A DNA stretch of 64,000 nt from an uncultured Rhodopila sp. (GCA_903944925.1 CAJATU010000093.1:26485-90484); one strand, 5' to 3'; shown: positions 47,829 to 58,684, counted from the first letter of the stretch. The notes: generated by a model not told the origin, from the letters alone. Translations and numbers: made by a program.

Positions 47829-49430
47829 ATGTTCCATCAGTTGCTTACGCCCGTCGGCGGAAGTCTGCCGCTCTCGTTCCTTGTCGCCGTGGCGCCGATT
47901 GCGGTGGTGCTGGTGATGTTGGGCGTGCTGCGGCGACCGGCATGGGAGGCATCGCTGGCCGGCCTGGTGGCCGCCTTCGCGATTGCCGTCCTGATCTGGC
48001 AGTTCCCGTTGAACCTTGCGCTCAACAGCGCGGCCGCCGGGGCGGTGTTCGCGTTGTGGCCGGTCATGTGGATCGTCTTCACCGCGTTGCTGCTTTATAA
48101 CATTGCGGTCGCTTCCGGCCGCTTCGACGCTTTCCGCGACTGGGTGCTGGATCACCTGCCGAATGACCGGCGCATCGTCCTGGTGGTCATCGGCTTCTGT
48201 TTCGGCTGCCTGCTGGAAGGCATCTCCGGCTTCGGCACCCCGGTGGCGATCACCAGCGCGCTGCTGATCCTCGTCGGCTTCCCGCCGCTGGAGGCTTTGA
48301 CCTTCACCCTGATCTTCAACACCGCCCCGGTGGCGTTCGGGGCGCTCGGCGTGCCGGTCACCGTGCTCGGCCAGGTCACCGGACTTCCCGCGGTCAAGCT
48401 TGGCGCGATGATCGGGCGGCAGTTGCCGATATTTGCGATGATCCTGCCGTTCTATGTGATGGCGCTATACGGAGGATCGCGTTCGGTGAAGGCGCTTTGG
48501 CCGGTGCTGCTGGTCTCCGGCGTCAGCTTCGCCACCGGCCAGTTCGTGGCCTCCAACTTCCTGGATTACGCGCTGACCGACGTGCTGTCGTCGCTGAGCG
48601 GTCTGATCGTGACCTTGCTGTTCCTGAAGGTGTGGAAACCCAAACCCGATCCGGCGTTCGCGATCAGCGCGCATGTGACGGGCGCGGCGCGGCAGACCCG
48701 GGTTCCGGCCTGGCAGGGGTGGATACCGTGGATCGTGGTGTCGGTCGTCGTCATCGCCTGGACCCACTTCAAGGTCGCGGCCATCGGGCAGATGACGTTT
48801 CCCTGGCCCGGGCTGCACAACGCCGTGGCGATCACGCTGTATAACGACAAGCCTTACGCGGCGAACTACGTGTTCCAGCCGCTGGCGACCGGGACGGCGA
48901 TCCTGATCTCGGCGATCATCACTGCCGCACTTGTCGGCATTGGTCCCCGGCAGTTCTTCGACGCTGTCGGCAAGACCTGGAAGCAGGCCCGGATCGCGAT
49001 CTTTACGGTCGCCCTGATCATCGGGCTCGCGTACCTGATGAACTACTCCGGGCTGAACTACACGCTGGGCATGGGTGTCGCCTCGGTGGGCTTCCTGTTC
49101 CCGCTGCTGTCGCCGTTCCTGGGCTGGGTCGCGGTGTTCCTGTCGGGCAGCGATACGTCTGGCAATGCGCTGTTCGGCAACCTGCAGGTGGTGGCGGCCA
49201 ATCAGCTCGGGCTGAACCCGGTGCTGATCGCGGCGACGAATTCCTCGGGCGGGGTGATGGGCAAGATGATCTCGCCGCAGAACATCGCCACGGGGGTCTC
49301 GGTGACGGATTTGAAGGGACAGGAGGGCGTGGTGTTCGCCCGGACTTTCAAGCACAGCATCGCGCTGACGCTGATGCTGGGGGTGCTGGTGGTGATACAG
49401 CAATATGTGGTGCCGTGGGTGATTCCGTAG
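47829..49430 (+). CDS. lctP: L-lactate permease (LctP family)
   Basis: ORF trimmed to MFHQLLTPVGGSLPLSFLVAVAPI.... LctP blocks GFGTPVAITSALL and SGSDTSGNALFG are present, and GGGGAAAA precedes the ATG. Confidence 0.85.
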   Translation: MFHQLLTPVGGSLPLSFLVAVAPIAVVLVMLGVLRRPAWEASLAGLVAAFAIAVLIWQFPLNLALNSAAAGAVFALWPVMWIVFTALLLYNIAVASGRFDAFRDWVLDHLPNDRRIVLVVIGFCFGCLLEGISGFGTPVAITSALLILVGFPPLEALTFTLIFNTAPVAFGALGVPVTVLGQVTGLPAVKLGAMIGRQLPIFAMILPFYVMALYGGSRSVKALWPVLLVSGVSFATGQFVASNFLDYALTDVLSSLSGLIVTLLFLKVWKPKPDPAFAISAHVTGAARQTRVPAWQGWIPWIVVSVVVIAWTHFKVAAIGQMTFPWPGLHNAVAITLYNDKPYAANYVFQPLATGTAILISAIITAALVGIGPRQFFDAVGKTWKQARIAIFTVALIIGLAYLMNYSGLNYTLGMGVASVGFLFPLLSPFLGWVAVFLSGSDTSGNALFGNLQVVAANQLGLNPVLIAATNSSGGVMGKMISPQNIATGVSVTDLKGQEGVVFARTFKHSIALTLMLGVLVVIQQYVVPWVIP

Positions 49431-49477
49431 CCGGCATCCGCGGACCGGGGCGCCGGCTGATTCATCCCGTAAACGCA

Positions 49478-49504
49478 TTATGGCCCGGACAAGCCGGGCC
49501 ATAA
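49478..49504. repeat. REP-like hairpin, copy C (TTATGGCCCGG / CCGGGCCATAA)
   Basis: An 11-bp perfect stem with loop acaag, between the convergent lctP and Hint-protein genes. Confidence 0.6.
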
Positions 49505-49539
49505 CTGGAAACCGCCGGGATAGGGCGATCGGGGCGGCT

Positions 49540-51423
49540 TTAAGCCGCCCGGCAGATGTCCTCCCGGACCAGCACATAATTCATGCCGCTCGAGCTGGCT
49601 CGGATCTCCAGTATCCTGGCATCGTCCGATTCCGGCAATGGCAGCAGAGCCTCGCCATTGGTCCATCGGCGCATCGTCTTGCCCTCGCGCTCCGGCGCCC
49701 ACCATCCCTGCCCCAGGCCCGGGTGATCCAGGGGAATCTCGAGAACACTGCTGTCAGCCTCTTTCAAAACAATCCGTTCCATATAGAGGCCGAGCTGCCG
49801 GCGATCCTCCAGCCAAGGTTTGTCATCGCTCGGCCGGCTGGCACGTGAGCAAAGCTGCACCGCCGTTGTACCGGCCGGAACCATAAACACGAACACGCCG
49901 TCCGCGCTATGAAGCGGGCTGATTCGCTCTCCCTTCAGCAGGATCTGCAAATCGGGATCGGTTGTGCGAGCGGCTGCCGCCGGTGACAGCCCCAATGCGG
50001 CGGCTCGATCGGCCAGCCCCTGCCATATCGGCTGCACAGTCGCTTCGTCCCAAACGAAGGGCGCAACCGAGTCGGTCTCACGCTGCGGGTAATCCGCGGT
50101 GGCGGTCAGATCCGGGTGCAGCGTTACCGGGGCGTCCGCGTTGGTGAAGAAGCCGTCGTTACCCGTGTTGAGGTAGCTTTCCGCCGTGAGGCCGTCGGCC
50201 AGCAGGATGTCATGGCTGTCAAGCTCGATGTGGAAATACGTGACGGAGCGGCACCCGCCTTCCTGATAGATTGTCGAACCGTTGATCAGTTGCCGGGCGC
50301 AGATCAGTTTGCCGTCCACCAGGATGGCATGGTCCGGCGACACCCGCAGATCCCGGTGGGGCACGGTTTCTGCGAAGGCACCGCGCAGGATGCGAACCGG
50401 CGCGACCATTTCTGGACGCGGATGGGCGGCAAAGTCGAGGCGCCGGTGTCCGATCCACTTGATCGCCCGGGCCTCGCCGGCTTGGTTGACGACCATGTCG
50501 CCGATGGACAGCGTCTCGACCGCAACATTACCCGCGGGCGTAGCGATGCCGGTGCCCTCGGCGAAACAGGTGGCGAAGTAGATCTGGTTTGAGCCGACCA
50601 GCGAACTACCGCTGCCGATCGCAGTGCCGGCAGCGTTGGTGGTTTTCAGCTCGACTTTAGTGCCGTTTTGGAGAGAAACGGTATAGTCGTCCGCGCTATT
50701 TTTATCGACCCGGCTTATTGTCGTCGTATTGAATTTGATATAATCCCCCCTATCAAACCCCGTTACAGCGTCGGTGGCATCCCATACGTAGCCGGTGTCG
50801 AAAGTCAATGTGCCCAGGAACTGCGAGTTGAACGTAAAATTCTGGTTGGTAATGCTACTCGCCAGATCAAACGTTGCGCTGCCACCGCCCCAGGTGTCCT
50901 GGCCGGTTCCCGAACCAGTATTGGCCAGACCCTGCCCAATTTTAAATGTACCCGTGCTGATAGCCCAGGTGCCGGAGTTATAGACCTTCACCTCAACGTC
51001 GCTGCCGCCATAGATGTTGAGTTTTCCGCTCTGAGCGCCGGTGGCGGAGGCATCAATGGTAATCGAGCCGCTGCCCGTGGCAGTCCTGAGATAGCCGCTC
51101 AGGGTGTTGAAAGTGGTGCCGCTTGAGGCCGGGCTGATTTCGATGCTGCCCGTGGTGGTCAGATCGATCGTGGTGCCCGTCAGTTTGCTGTAGGCATTGC
51201 CGGTCGCCGGGCCGAGCAGCAGCCAGCCGCTGCTGACAGTAATGTTGGCTAGGGTTGCCGATGAAGTAGCGGTGGTGAGGTGGAGCGCATTCGCGGTGTT
51301 CAGCGTGATGCTGTCGCTGCTTGCAACAAAGGGCCCGCCCTGGTCCCATCCTCCGATGGTGGTCCAGGTATCTCCGACGTTCCAGGTGCCGGCGGCTCCC
51401 TTGTTCCAGGTATAGGTCGTCAT
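49540..51423 (-). CDS. Hint (Hedgehog/intein-like, Hint_2-type) domain protein with beta-strand-repeat N-terminal region and unknown C-terminal domain
   Basis: ORF trimmed to MTTYTWNKGAAGTWNVGDTWT.... The N-terminal ~290 aa is a Thr/Gly/Ser-rich passenger-like region. The Hint block is CFAEGTGIATPAGNVAVETLSIGDMVVNQAGEARAIKWIGHRRL...VSPDHAILVDGKLICARQL...ILLADGLTAESYLN. About 220 further residues have no recognisable motif. No signal peptide is evident. Confidence 0.7.
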   Translation of the reverse strand: MTTYTWNKGAAGTWNVGDTWTTIGGWDQGGPFVASSDSITLNTANALHLTTATSSATLANITVSSGWLLLGPATGNAYSKLTGTTIDLTTTGSIEISPASSGTTFNTLSGYLRTATGSGSITIDASATGAQSGKLNIYGGSDVEVKVYNSGTWAISTGTFKIGQGLANTGSGTGQDTWGGGSATFDLASSITNQNFTFNSQFLGTLTFDTGYVWDATDAVTGFDRGDYIKFNTTTISRVDKNSADDYTVSLQNGTKVELKTTNAAGTAIGSGSSLVGSNQIYFATCFAEGTGIATPAGNVAVETLSIGDMVVNQAGEARAIKWIGHRRLDFAAHPRPEMVAPVRILRGAFAETVPHRDLRVSPDHAILVDGKLICARQLINGSTIYQEGGCRSVTYFHIELDSHDILLADGLTAESYLNTGNDGFFTNADAPVTLHPDLTATADYPQRETDSVAPFVWDEATVQPIWQGLADRAAALGLSPAAAARTTDPDLQILLKGERISPLHSADGVFVFMVPAGTTAVQLCSRASRPSDDKPWLEDRRQLGLYMERIVLKEADSSVLEIPLDHPGLGQGWWAPEREGKTMRRWTNGEALLPLPESDDARILEIRASSSGMNYVLVREDICRAA

Positions 51424-51649
51424 CTCTGTAACCGTCCTTTGCCGCAAGGCACCACGGACGCCGGATACAGCATCCCCGGATGACCGTTTGGCCGATGATA
51501 TTCAGTGCTGGAATCATACCATCACAACTCAGGAAGATAAATGGAATTCCTACGCATGAAGCCAAAATTTCGCCTTCAATTGCATCGTCTTGTGACAGAC
51601 CCCGCCTAAGCCCGAGCCATCACCGGGTTAGATGAGCGGCCTCCAACGG

Positions 51650-51683
51650 CAAAAGCCCCTCCCGGACTCCGTCCGGAAGAGGC
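51650..51683 (-). terminator. Probable intrinsic terminator after rplQ
   Basis: The minus strand reads cctcttCCGGACggaGTCCGGgaggggCTTTTGcc, about 30 nt after the rplQ stop. The stem is imperfect and a U-rich tract follows. Confidence 0.5.
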
Positions 51684-51712
51684 CTATCGTCCCGAGTCGG
51701 CGCGTTATGAGC

Positions 51713-52132
51713 CTACTCTTCGGTCTCTTCGTCCTTCTCGGCAACCGGCCCGCTATCCTGGCCCTTCGCCGAAACATCGCGATCGACCAGCTCGATCACC
51801 GCCATGTCGGCCGCATCGCCGTAGCGAACCCCCGCCTTCAGCACCCGCGTATACCCGCCGGCCCGCGCCTTGTAGCGATCCGCCAAGGTGCTGAACAACT
51901 TGCTGACGATGACATCGTCCCGCAACTCGGCATAAGCCAGCCGCTTGTTCGCCAGGCCACCCTTCTTGCCCAGGGTGATCAGCTTCTCCGCCACCGGGCG
52001 AAGCTCCTTCGCCTTCGGCAGGGTCGTGGTGATCTGCTCGTGCTTGAGCAGCGCGTGCGCCAGATTCCGGAACATGGCGAGGCGATGAGTAGAGGTAACG
52101 CCGAGCTTCCGGCCGGCAACTCCGTGACGCAT
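51713..52132 (-). CDS. rplQ: 50S ribosomal protein L17
   Basis: [45 protein letters not shown]. Confidence 0.95.
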   Translation of the reverse strand: MRHGVAGRKLGVTSTHRLAMFRNLAHALLKHEQITTTLPKAKELRPVAEKLITLGKKGGLANKRLAYAELRDDVIVSKLFSTLADRYKARAGGYTRVLKAGVRYGDAADMAVIELVDRDVSAKGQDSGPVAEKDEETEE

Positions 52133-52155
52133 GTAACTGTTTCCCTAATGCCGGC

Positions 52156-53187
52156 TCAGAACGGCTCTTCGAGCCGCTTGGCCAAATCCTCGATATTTTC
52201 CGGCGGCCAGCCGGCAACGCTCATGCCCAGCCCGAGGCCCATGGAGGTGAGCACCTCCTTGATTTCGTTCAGGGACTTCCGGCCGAAGTTCGGCGTGCGC
52301 AGCATTTCCTGTTCGGATTTCTGCACCAGGTCGCCGATATAGACGATATTGTCGTTCTTCAGGCAGTTCGCGCTACGGACCGACAGTTCCAGCTCGTCCA
52401 CCTTGCGCAACAGGTTGCGGTTGAACGGCAGGTCGTCCTGCGGCTCCTCCAGGCGGATCTGCTGCGGCTCATCGAAGTTGATGAACAACTGCAACTGGTC
52501 CTGCAGGATGCGGGCGGCCAGCGCCACGGAGTCTTCCGGGGTCACCGCGCCGTTGGTCTCCACCGTCAGCAGCAGCTTGTCGTAGTCCGTGACCTGACCC
52601 ACGCGGGTCTGGGCAACGCTGTAGGACACGCGGCGCACCGGCGAATAGATCGAGTCGATCGGGATCAGCCCGATGGGCGCGTCCTCCGGACGGTTGACGG
52701 TGGAGGGCTGGTAGCCCTTGCCGAGGTTGACGGTGAACTCCATGCCCAGCTTCACCCCGTCATCCAGGGTGCAGATGACCAAGTCCGGGTTCATGATGTC
52801 GATGTCGTGCCCGGCCTGGATCTGGCCGGCGCGCACTTCGCCGGGACCGGTCGCGGTCAGGGTCATGCGCTTGGGGCCTTCGCCGTGCATCCGCAGCGCG
52901 AGCTGCTTGATGTTCAGCACGATGTCGGTAACATCCTCCCGGACGCCCGGCACGCTGCTGAATTCGTGCAGCACGCCGTCGATCTGCACGGCCGTGACGG
53001 CGGCACCTTGCAGCGACGACAGCAGGATGCGCCGGATGGCGTTGCCCAAGGTCATGCCGAAGCCGCGCTCCAGCGGTTCGGCAACGACGGTGGCGACGCG
53101 CGACGGATCGGCGCCCGGCTCGACTTCGAGCTTCTCCGGCTTGATCAGAGACTGCCAATTTCTCTGGATAACTGCGCTCTGTCTCAT
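52156..53187 (-). CDS. rpoA: DNA-directed RNA polymerase subunit alpha
   Basis: ...[17 protein letters not shown]..., and a C-terminal domain [24 protein letters not shown]. The start is placed at MRQSAV and could be a few codons downstream. Confidence 0.93.
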   Translation of the reverse strand: MRQSAVIQRNWQSLIKPEKLEVEPGADPSRVATVVAEPLERGFGMTLGNAIRRILLSSLQGAAVTAVQIDGVLHEFSSVPGVREDVTDIVLNIKQLALRMHGEGPKRMTLTATGPGEVRAGQIQAGHDIDIMNPDLVICTLDDGVKLGMEFTVNLGKGYQPSTVNRPEDAPIGLIPIDSIYSPVRRVSYSVAQTRVGQVTDYDKLLLTVETNGAVTPEDSVALAARILQDQLQLFINFDEPQQIRLEEPQDDLPFNRNLLRKVDELELSVRSANCLKNDNIVYIGDLVQKSEQEMLRTPNFGRKSLNEIKEVLTSMGLGLGMSVAGWPPENIEDLAKRLEEPF

Positions 53188-53312
53188 GCGAATAACACCT
53201 TTCGAACCGCGTCGGGCGCGGTTCACGTCCGTTGGACAGTGTCAAACCTCAACCCGCGGGCCTGAACCCTTGGAACCCGCCCCGGCCGGACACACCGTCC
53301 GAGGCGCAGACA

Positions 53313-53708
53313 TCAAACGCGACGGCGCTTGCGCGGCCGGCAGCCGTTATGGGGAATCGGAGTCATGTCGCGGATCGTCGATACGGCGAAGCCGACGGCC
53401 TGAAGCGCACGCAAAGCGCTCTCACGGCCCGAACCGGGCCCGCTGACCTCGATTTCGAGAGTCTCCATGCCGTGCTCGCGCGCCTTCTTGCCGGCGTCCT
53501 CGGCGGCCACCTGGGCGGCGTAAGGAGTCGACTTGCGGCTGCCCTTGAAGCCCTGGCTGCCGGCGGAGGACCACGCGATGGCGTTGCCCTGAGCGTCGGT
53601 GATCGTGATCACGGTGTTGTTGAACGTCGCGGCGACGTGCGCCACGCCGGCGATGATGTTCTTCCGTTCCTTACGGCGAGGCCGGGCGGATGCGGCGGGT
53701 TTCGCCAT
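53313..53708 (-). CDS. rpsK: 30S ribosomal protein S11
   Basis: [38 protein letters not shown]... Confidence 0.95.
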   Translation of the reverse strand: MAKPAASARPRRKERKNIIAGVAHVAATFNNTVITITDAQGNAIAWSSAGSQGFKGSRKSTPYAAQVAAEDAGKKAREHGMETLEIEVSGPGSGRESALRALQAVGFAVSTIRDMTPIPHNGCRPRKRRRV

Positions 53709-53792
53709 GTTTCTTGATCCTGCTTCAACTGCTGACCGCGCCGGGAGCCGGCGCGGCAAAGACTTTCGTATCGGGCGGTCGGACTGACCGCG

Positions 53793-54170
53793 TTATTTGG
53801 TGACTTTCTTCTTGCCGGCGATGGCAACGGCCTTGCCCTTGCGGGTGCGCGCATTGGTATGCGTCCGCTGACCGCGCACCGGCAGGCCACGGCGATGCCG
53901 CAGGCCGCGATAGCAGCCCAGGTCCATCAGCCGCTTGATGTTCATCGACACTTCACGCCGCAGGTCGCCTTCGACGCGATACTCACGGTCGATCAGTTCG
54001 CGGATACGGAGGATCTCCTCGTCCGAAAGCTGGTTGACGCGACGCTCGTCGGGGATGCTAAGCTTCTGGCAGATTTCGGCCGCCTTGGTCGGGCCGATGC
54101 CAAAGATATAGCGAAGCCCGATGGTCACTCGCTTATTCGTCGGGATGTTCACGCCGGCAATACGCGCCAC
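53793..54170 (-). CDS. rpsM: 30S ribosomal protein S13
   Basis: The GTG start gives (M)[31 protein letters not shown] lies upstream. Confidence 0.93.
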   Translation of the reverse strand: MARIAGVNIPTNKRVTIGLRYIFGIGPTKAAEICQKLSIPDERRVNQLSDEEILRIRELIDREYRVEGDLRREVSMNIKRLMDLGCYRGLRHRRGLPVRGQRTHTNARTRKGKAVAIAGKKKVTK

Positions 54171-54304
54171 GCTGGATTCTCCTGTCGTCCGGGCTTGACC
54201 GGACCCTACTGCCCCGAAAGGCTGAAATACGCGCAAGCGGCGCCAAACCCCCATATGGGGTTGCGCCGGAACGCGGGACTATAGTTTCCGCCACGCAGGA
54301 GTCA

Positions 54305-54327
54305 ACGAAGAGTTATCAACTCTTCGT
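54305..54327 (-). promoter_or_regulatory. 10-bp perfect hairpin between adk and rpsM (possible attenuator/terminator at the spc-alpha operon junction)
   Basis: ACGAAGAGTT-atc-AACTCTTCGT, read directly. Only a weak T tract follows on the minus strand. Confidence 0.35.
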
Positions 54328-54351
54328 GAGAACCCCCAAGTCTTCCCCGGC

Positions 54352-54999
54352 TCAACCCGCAAGAGCAGCGTCGATTTGCCGTGAGACCTCGTTAATATCA
54401 GCCATTCCGTCCACCGTCCGCAAGATGCCGGTGGCGGCATAATGCGGAATAATCGGCGCTGTCTGGGCATGATAGGCGACCAGGCGGGCGGCAACCGTCT
54501 CCCGGTTGTCGTCGGCGCGACGGGTGAACTCGGTCGCCCCGCAGACGTCGCACACGCCGGGTTTCGCGGTCGGCTTGAACGAATCGTGATAGCCGTTGCC
54601 GCATTTCGCGCAGGTGAACCGCCCGGCGATGCGATCGACCAGCGCCGAGTCGTCAACCTTCAGCTCGATAACCGCGTCCAGCTTGACGCCCCGCTCGGCC
54701 AGCATTTTGTCCAGCGCGACCGCCTGCGGCACGGTGCGCGGGAAGCCGTCCAGGATGAAACCATGCGCCACATCCGGTTTCTCAAGCCGCGACGCCAGCA
54801 TGCGCACCAGGATGTCGTCGGAGACGAGCTGCCCGGCCTGCATGACCGCCTTGGCCTCCTGGCCGACGGGGCTGCCTGCGGCCACCTCGGCGCGCAGCAT
54901 GTCGCCGGTCGAGAGCTGCAGGATGCCGTAGCGATCCTCCAGGCGTTTTGCCTGAGTGCCTTTGCCCGCGCCCGGCGGGCCTAGAAGAATGAGTTTCAC
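54352..54999 (-). CDS. adk: Adenylate kinase
   Basis: [20 protein letters not shown]..., with a LID domain carrying CAKCGNGYH...CDVCG. Confidence 0.95.
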   Translation of the reverse strand: MKLILLGPPGAGKGTQAKRLEDRYGILQLSTGDMLRAEVAAGSPVGQEAKAVMQAGQLVSDDILVRMLASRLEKPDVAHGFILDGFPRTVPQAVALDKMLAERGVKLDAVIELKVDDSALVDRIAGRFTCAKCGNGYHDSFKPTAKPGVCDVCGATEFTRRADDNRETVAARLVAYHAQTAPIIPHYAATGILRTVDGMADINEVSRQIDAALAG

Positions 55000-56333
55000 C
55001 TGCGTCCCTTTGGCCGGGCCTTGCGCATAAGGCCCTCATATTGATGAGCGATCAGGTGCGACTGCACCTGCGTAACAGTGTCCATGGTAACCGACACGAC
55101 GATCAGGATCGAGGTGCCGCCGAAGTAGAACGGCAGACCGTAATCGGTGATCAGCACTTCCGGCAGCAGGCAGATGATCACCAGATAGATACCGCCGACG
55201 GTGGTCAGCCGGGTCAGGATGCGGTCGAAGTAGTCGGCGGTCGCGCTGCCGGGCCGGATGCCTGGAATGAAGCCGCCATATTTCTTCAGGTTATCCGCCG
55301 TCTCCTCCGGGTTGAACACCACGGAGGTGTAGAAATACGAGAAGAAGATGATCATGAACGCATACAGCGCCAGATAGAGCGGCTGGCCGTGCGCAAGCTG
55401 GCCGGCGATCCATTGCACCCAGCCCGGTGCGTTGGTGGCGAAGCCGGCGATGGTCGCCGGGATCAGCAGAATCGACGAGGCGAAAATCGGCGGGATCACA
55501 CCCGAGGTGTTGATCTTCAGCGGGATATGCGTGGTGTCGCCGCCGAACATGCGGTTGCCCACCTGCCGCTTGGGGTATTGCACCGGGATGCGCCGCTGGG
55601 CGCGCTCGACGAAGACGATCACCGTGATCGTCGCCACCGCGATGACCACGAAAAACAAGATGAAGAACGGCGATAGCGCCCCGGTCCGGCCGAGTTCGAG
55701 CATCGAGGCGAAGGCGCTCGGCAGGTTGGCGACGATGCCGGCCATGATGATCAGGCTTTGGCCATTGCCGATGCCGCGGGCGGTGATTTGCTCGCCGATC
55801 CACATCAGGAACATGGTGCCGCCGACAAGGGTGATGACGGCGGAGAAGCGGAAGAACAAGCCGGGATCGATCACCGCGGTGCCGAAACTGCCGTGCATAC
55901 TCTCCAGCCCGACGGCGATGCCGTAGGACTGGAACGTGGCGATCAGCACCGTCAAATAGCGGGTGTACTGGTTCAGCTTCTTGCGGCCGGACTCGCCTTC
56001 CTTCTTCAGCGCTTCCAGGGTCGGGATTGCCGAAGTCATCAACTGCACGATGATGCTGGCGCTGATATACGGCATGATGTTCAGCGCGAAGATGGTCATC
56101 CGCCGCAGCGCGCCGCCGGTGAACATGTCGAACATGCCCAGGATGCCGCCGCCGTGCTGGGACATCATCTCATTCATCACCGACGCATCGACGCCGGGGA
56201 GAGGAATGTATGTGCCAAGCCGGTAGACGATCAGCGCGCCCAGGGTGAACCAGATTCGCTGCTTGAGTTCGGTCGCCTTCGAAAAGACGCCCATATTGAG
56301 ATTAGCCGCGAGCTGTTCGGCAGCGGAAGCCAT
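54996..56333 (-). CDS. secY: Preprotein translocase subunit SecY
   Basis: 445 aa with conserved SecY blocks ([31 protein letters not shown]). Confidence 0.95.
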   Translation of the reverse strand: MASAAEQLAANLNMGVFSKATELKQRIWFTLGALIVYRLGTYIPLPGVDASVMNEMMSQHGGGILGMFDMFTGGALRRMTIFALNIMPYISASIIVQLMTSAIPTLEALKKEGESGRKKLNQYTRYLTVLIATFQSYGIAVGLESMHGSFGTAVIDPGLFFRFSAVITLVGGTMFLMWIGEQITARGIGNGQSLIIMAGIVANLPSAFASMLELGRTGALSPFFILFFVVIAVATITVIVFVERAQRRIPVQYPKRQVGNRMFGGDTTHIPLKINTSGVIPPIFASSILLIPATIAGFATNAPGWVQWIAGQLAHGQPLYLALYAFMIIFFSYFYTSVVFNPEETADNLKKYGGFIPGIRPGSATADYFDRILTRLTTVGGIYLVIICLLPEVLITDYGLPFYFGGTSILIVVSVTMDTVTQVQSHLIAHQYEGLMRKARPKGRR

Positions 56334-56423
56334 GGGATGTCCCTTTTCGGTCGCGCTCTATTGTCCGTCCGGGAGGCGGCCTGTGCAAGCCATTTGCCGG
56401 TGAAACTTAGTGAGCGGATAAGC

Positions 56424-56465
56424 GAAAAGCCACGCGGGCCGGTGACGGCAGCCGCGCGGCTTTTG
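56424..56465 (-). promoter_or_regulatory. Terminator-like GC hairpin with flanking A/T runs in the 150-nt rplO-secY spacer
   Basis: The plus strand reads gaaaaGCCACGCGGGccggtgacggcagCCGCGCGGCttttg. On the minus strand a stem of about 10 bp (one G-U pair) is followed by CTTTTC. Confidence 0.4.
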
Positions 56466-56484
56466 CTTTAGCATATCAAGGCGC

Positions 56485-56982
56485 TCAGGCTGCGGCGGCC
56501 GCTTCCGGCTTCACCTTCGGCGCCACGGTCGTGGTCACCGTGCCACCAGCCTCTTCCACCGCGGCCTTCGCCGTCGCCGAAGCGCCGGAGACGGTGATGG
56601 TGATCGCGCGGGTGATCTTGCCGTCCGCCAGCAGGCGAACGCCTGCCAGAGAGCCGTCAGCCAGGCCGGCGGCGATCAAAATCGCCTCGGTAATCGGCTG
56701 GCCGCCGTCGATCTTGCCGTTCTCGATCGCGGCGTTCAGCGACCCCAGGTTCACCGGCGCGTATTCCTTGCGGAACAGGTTGTGGAACCCCCGCTTCGGC
56801 AACCGCCGGTAAATCGGCAACTGGCCGCCTTCGAAGCCGTTCAGCGCCACGCCTTCGCGCGCCTTCTGGCCCTTGACGCCCTTGCCGGAGGTCTTGCCCT
56901 TGCCGGAGCCGATACCGCGGCCGAGCCGCTTCGACTTCAGCCGCGAACCGGGGTTGTCACGGAGGTCGTTCAAGATGGACAT
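56485..56982 (-). CDS. rplO: 50S ribosomal protein L15
   Basis: [40 protein letters not shown]... Confidence 0.95.
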   Translation of the reverse strand: MSILNDLRDNPGSRLKSKRLGRGIGSGKGKTSGKGVKGQKAREGVALNGFEGGQLPIYRRLPKRGFHNLFRKEYAPVNLGSLNAAIENGKIDGGQPITEAILIAAGLADGSLAGVRLLADGKITRAITITVSGASATAKAAVEEAGGTVTTTVAPKVKPEAAAAA

Positions 56983-56983
56983 G

Positions 56984-57166
56984 TCAGGAAAGCTCCTCGA
57001 CCTTGATCAGATGAGCCACCTTCAGGATCATGCCGCGAGCGGAGGGGGTATCCTCCAGCTCCCGGGTGGCGCGGATCTTGTTCAGGCCAAGCCCGACCAG
57101 GGTTTCCTTCTGGCCCGGCTTGCGGCCCAGGGCCGACTTGATCTGCGTGACGCGTACCTTAGCCAT
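56984..57166 (-). CDS. rpmD: 50S ribosomal protein L30
   Basis: [58 protein letters not shown]. Confidence 0.93.
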   Translation of the reverse strand: MAKVRVTQIKSALGRKPGQKETLVGLGLNKIRATRELEDTPSARGMILKVAHLIKVEELS

Positions 57167-57767
57167 TCGCCGGTGCCTCCTGCGCCGGAGCCGCACCATG
57201 CGCCTCACGGCGGCCGAACAATTCGGGCACCTTCTTGCCGCGGCGCGTGGCGACCGAGCGCGGGCTGGCCACCTTCTGCAATGCCGCAAAAGCCGCCTTC
57301 ACCATGTTATGCGGGTTGCGGCTGCCGAGGCTTTTCGCCACCACGTCGCCGATACCCAGCGTTTCAAACACCGCGCGCAGCGGGCCGCCGGCGATAATCC
57401 CGGTGCCGGCCGTCGCCGAACGCAAAATCACGTTGCCGGCGCCGTAGTGGCCTTCGACGTCGTGGTGCAGGGTGCGGCCTTCCTTCATCGGCACCCGGAT
57501 CATGCCGCGCTTGGCACGTTCGGTCGCCTTGCGGATCGCCTCCGGCACTTCGCGCGCCTTGCCGGCGCCGTAGCCGACGCGGCCCTTCTGGTCGCCAACC
57601 ACCACCAGCGCGGCGAACGCGAACCGGCGTCCGCCCTTCACCACCTTGGCGACGCGGTTGATGGTCACCAGCTTGTCGATGATGCCGTCATCGGGCTCGC
57701 GGTCTCCGCCACCGCTGCGCTCACGATCCCGGCCACGGCCGCCACCTTCTCTCGGTTCACGTGCCAT
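57159..57767 (-). CDS. rpsE: 30S ribosomal protein S5
   Basis: [16 protein letters not shown]...[30 protein letters not shown]. Confidence 0.94.
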   Translation of the reverse strand: MAREPREGGGRGRDRERSGGGDREPDDGIIDKLVTINRVAKVVKGGRRFAFAALVVVGDQKGRVGYGAGKAREVPEAIRKATERAKRGMIRVPMKEGRTLHHDVEGHYGAGNVILRSATAGTGIIAGGPLRAVFETLGIGDVVAKSLGSRNPHNMVKAAFAALQKVASPRSVATRRGKKVPELFGRREAHGAAPAQEAPANG

Positions 57768-57778
57768 TACAATTTCCC

Positions 57779-58141
57779 TTAGAAATCCAACCCGCCCTCG
57801 CGGGCGGCATCGGCCAGGGTCTTCACCCGGCCGTGGTAAAGATAAGAGCCGCGGTCGAAGACCACCTGCTTGATGCCGGCCGCCAGCGCGCGTTCGGCGA
57901 CCAGCTTGCCCACCGCCGCAGCCGCGGCCTTGTCGGCTCCGGTCTTCAGCGCGGCCTTCAAATCGGCGTCCAGCGACGAGGCCGCAGCGACCGTGTGGCC
58001 CTTCGAGTCGTCGATGACCTGGGCATAGATATTCTTGCCCGAGCGGAACACCGACAAGCGCGGACGGCCATTGGCCTTGTGCTTGATCTGGAAGCGCAGC
58101 CGTGCCTTGCGGCGGGTGGCGAGATCCTGCTTGGCGCTCAT
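57779..58141 (-). CDS. rplR: 50S ribosomal protein L18
   Basis: ...[18 protein letters not shown]...[27 protein letters not shown]. Confidence 0.95.
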   Translation of the reverse strand: MSAKQDLATRRKARLRFQIKHKANGRPRLSVFRSGKNIYAQVIDDSKGHTVAAASSLDADLKAALKTGADKAAAAAVGKLVAERALAAGIKQVVFDRGSYLYHGRVKTLADAAREGGLDF

Positions 58142-58671
58142 TTCTTCTTACCTTCCTTGCGCCGGATGATCTCGTCGCTGTAGCGCGCGCCCTTGCCCTT
58201 ATACGGCTCCGGCGGGCGGAACGCCCGGATCTCCGAGGCAACCTGACCAACCAGGCGCTTATCGACGCCCTCTACCTTGATCGAAGTCGGCTTCTCGCAG
58301 GTGATCTTGATGCCTTCCGGCACCGGATAGATCACGGGGTGCGAGAAACCCAGGTTGATCTCCAGGTTCTTGCCCTGCACCGCGGCGCGATAGCCGGTGC
58401 CCGTGATCTCCAGCGACTTGGTAAAGCCGACGGAGACGCCCTTCACCATGGTGGCGATCAGCGCCCGGGTGGTGCCCCACATCATGCGGGCCTGCGCCTG
58501 GCTGCTGTTCGGCTTCACCGAGACATGGTTGCCGTCGATGGTGGCTTCCACATGTTCGGTCAGCGGCAGCTTCAGTTCCCCGAGCTTGCCCTTCGCGGTC
58601 AGTATGCCCCCGGCGATGGCGACCTGCACACCAGCGGGAATCTCGACCGGATATTTTCCGACGCGTGACAT
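58138..58671 (-). CDS. rplF: 50S ribosomal protein L6
   Basis: [33 protein letters not shown]... Confidence 0.95.
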   Translation of the reverse strand: MSRVGKYPVEIPAGVQVAIAGGILTAKGKLGELKLPLTEHVEATIDGNHVSVKPNSSQAQARMMWGTTRALIATMVKGVSVGFTKSLEITGTGYRAAVQGKNLEINLGFSHPVIYPVPEGIKITCEKPTSIKVEGVDKRLVGQVASEIRAFRPPEPYKGKGARYSDEIIRRKEGKKK

Positions 58672-58684
58672 ACGCGCAATCCCC

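Noticed and set aside
36636-49577. Other long shadow ORFs: 36636..38018 (-), 41855..43522 (+), 45172..46491 (-), 48465..49577 (-)
   Set aside because: Each lies antisense to, or out of frame within, a confidently identified gene (NhaP, GlgX, EamA, LctP). Each has Arg/Pro/Gly/Asp/His-rich low-complexity translations.
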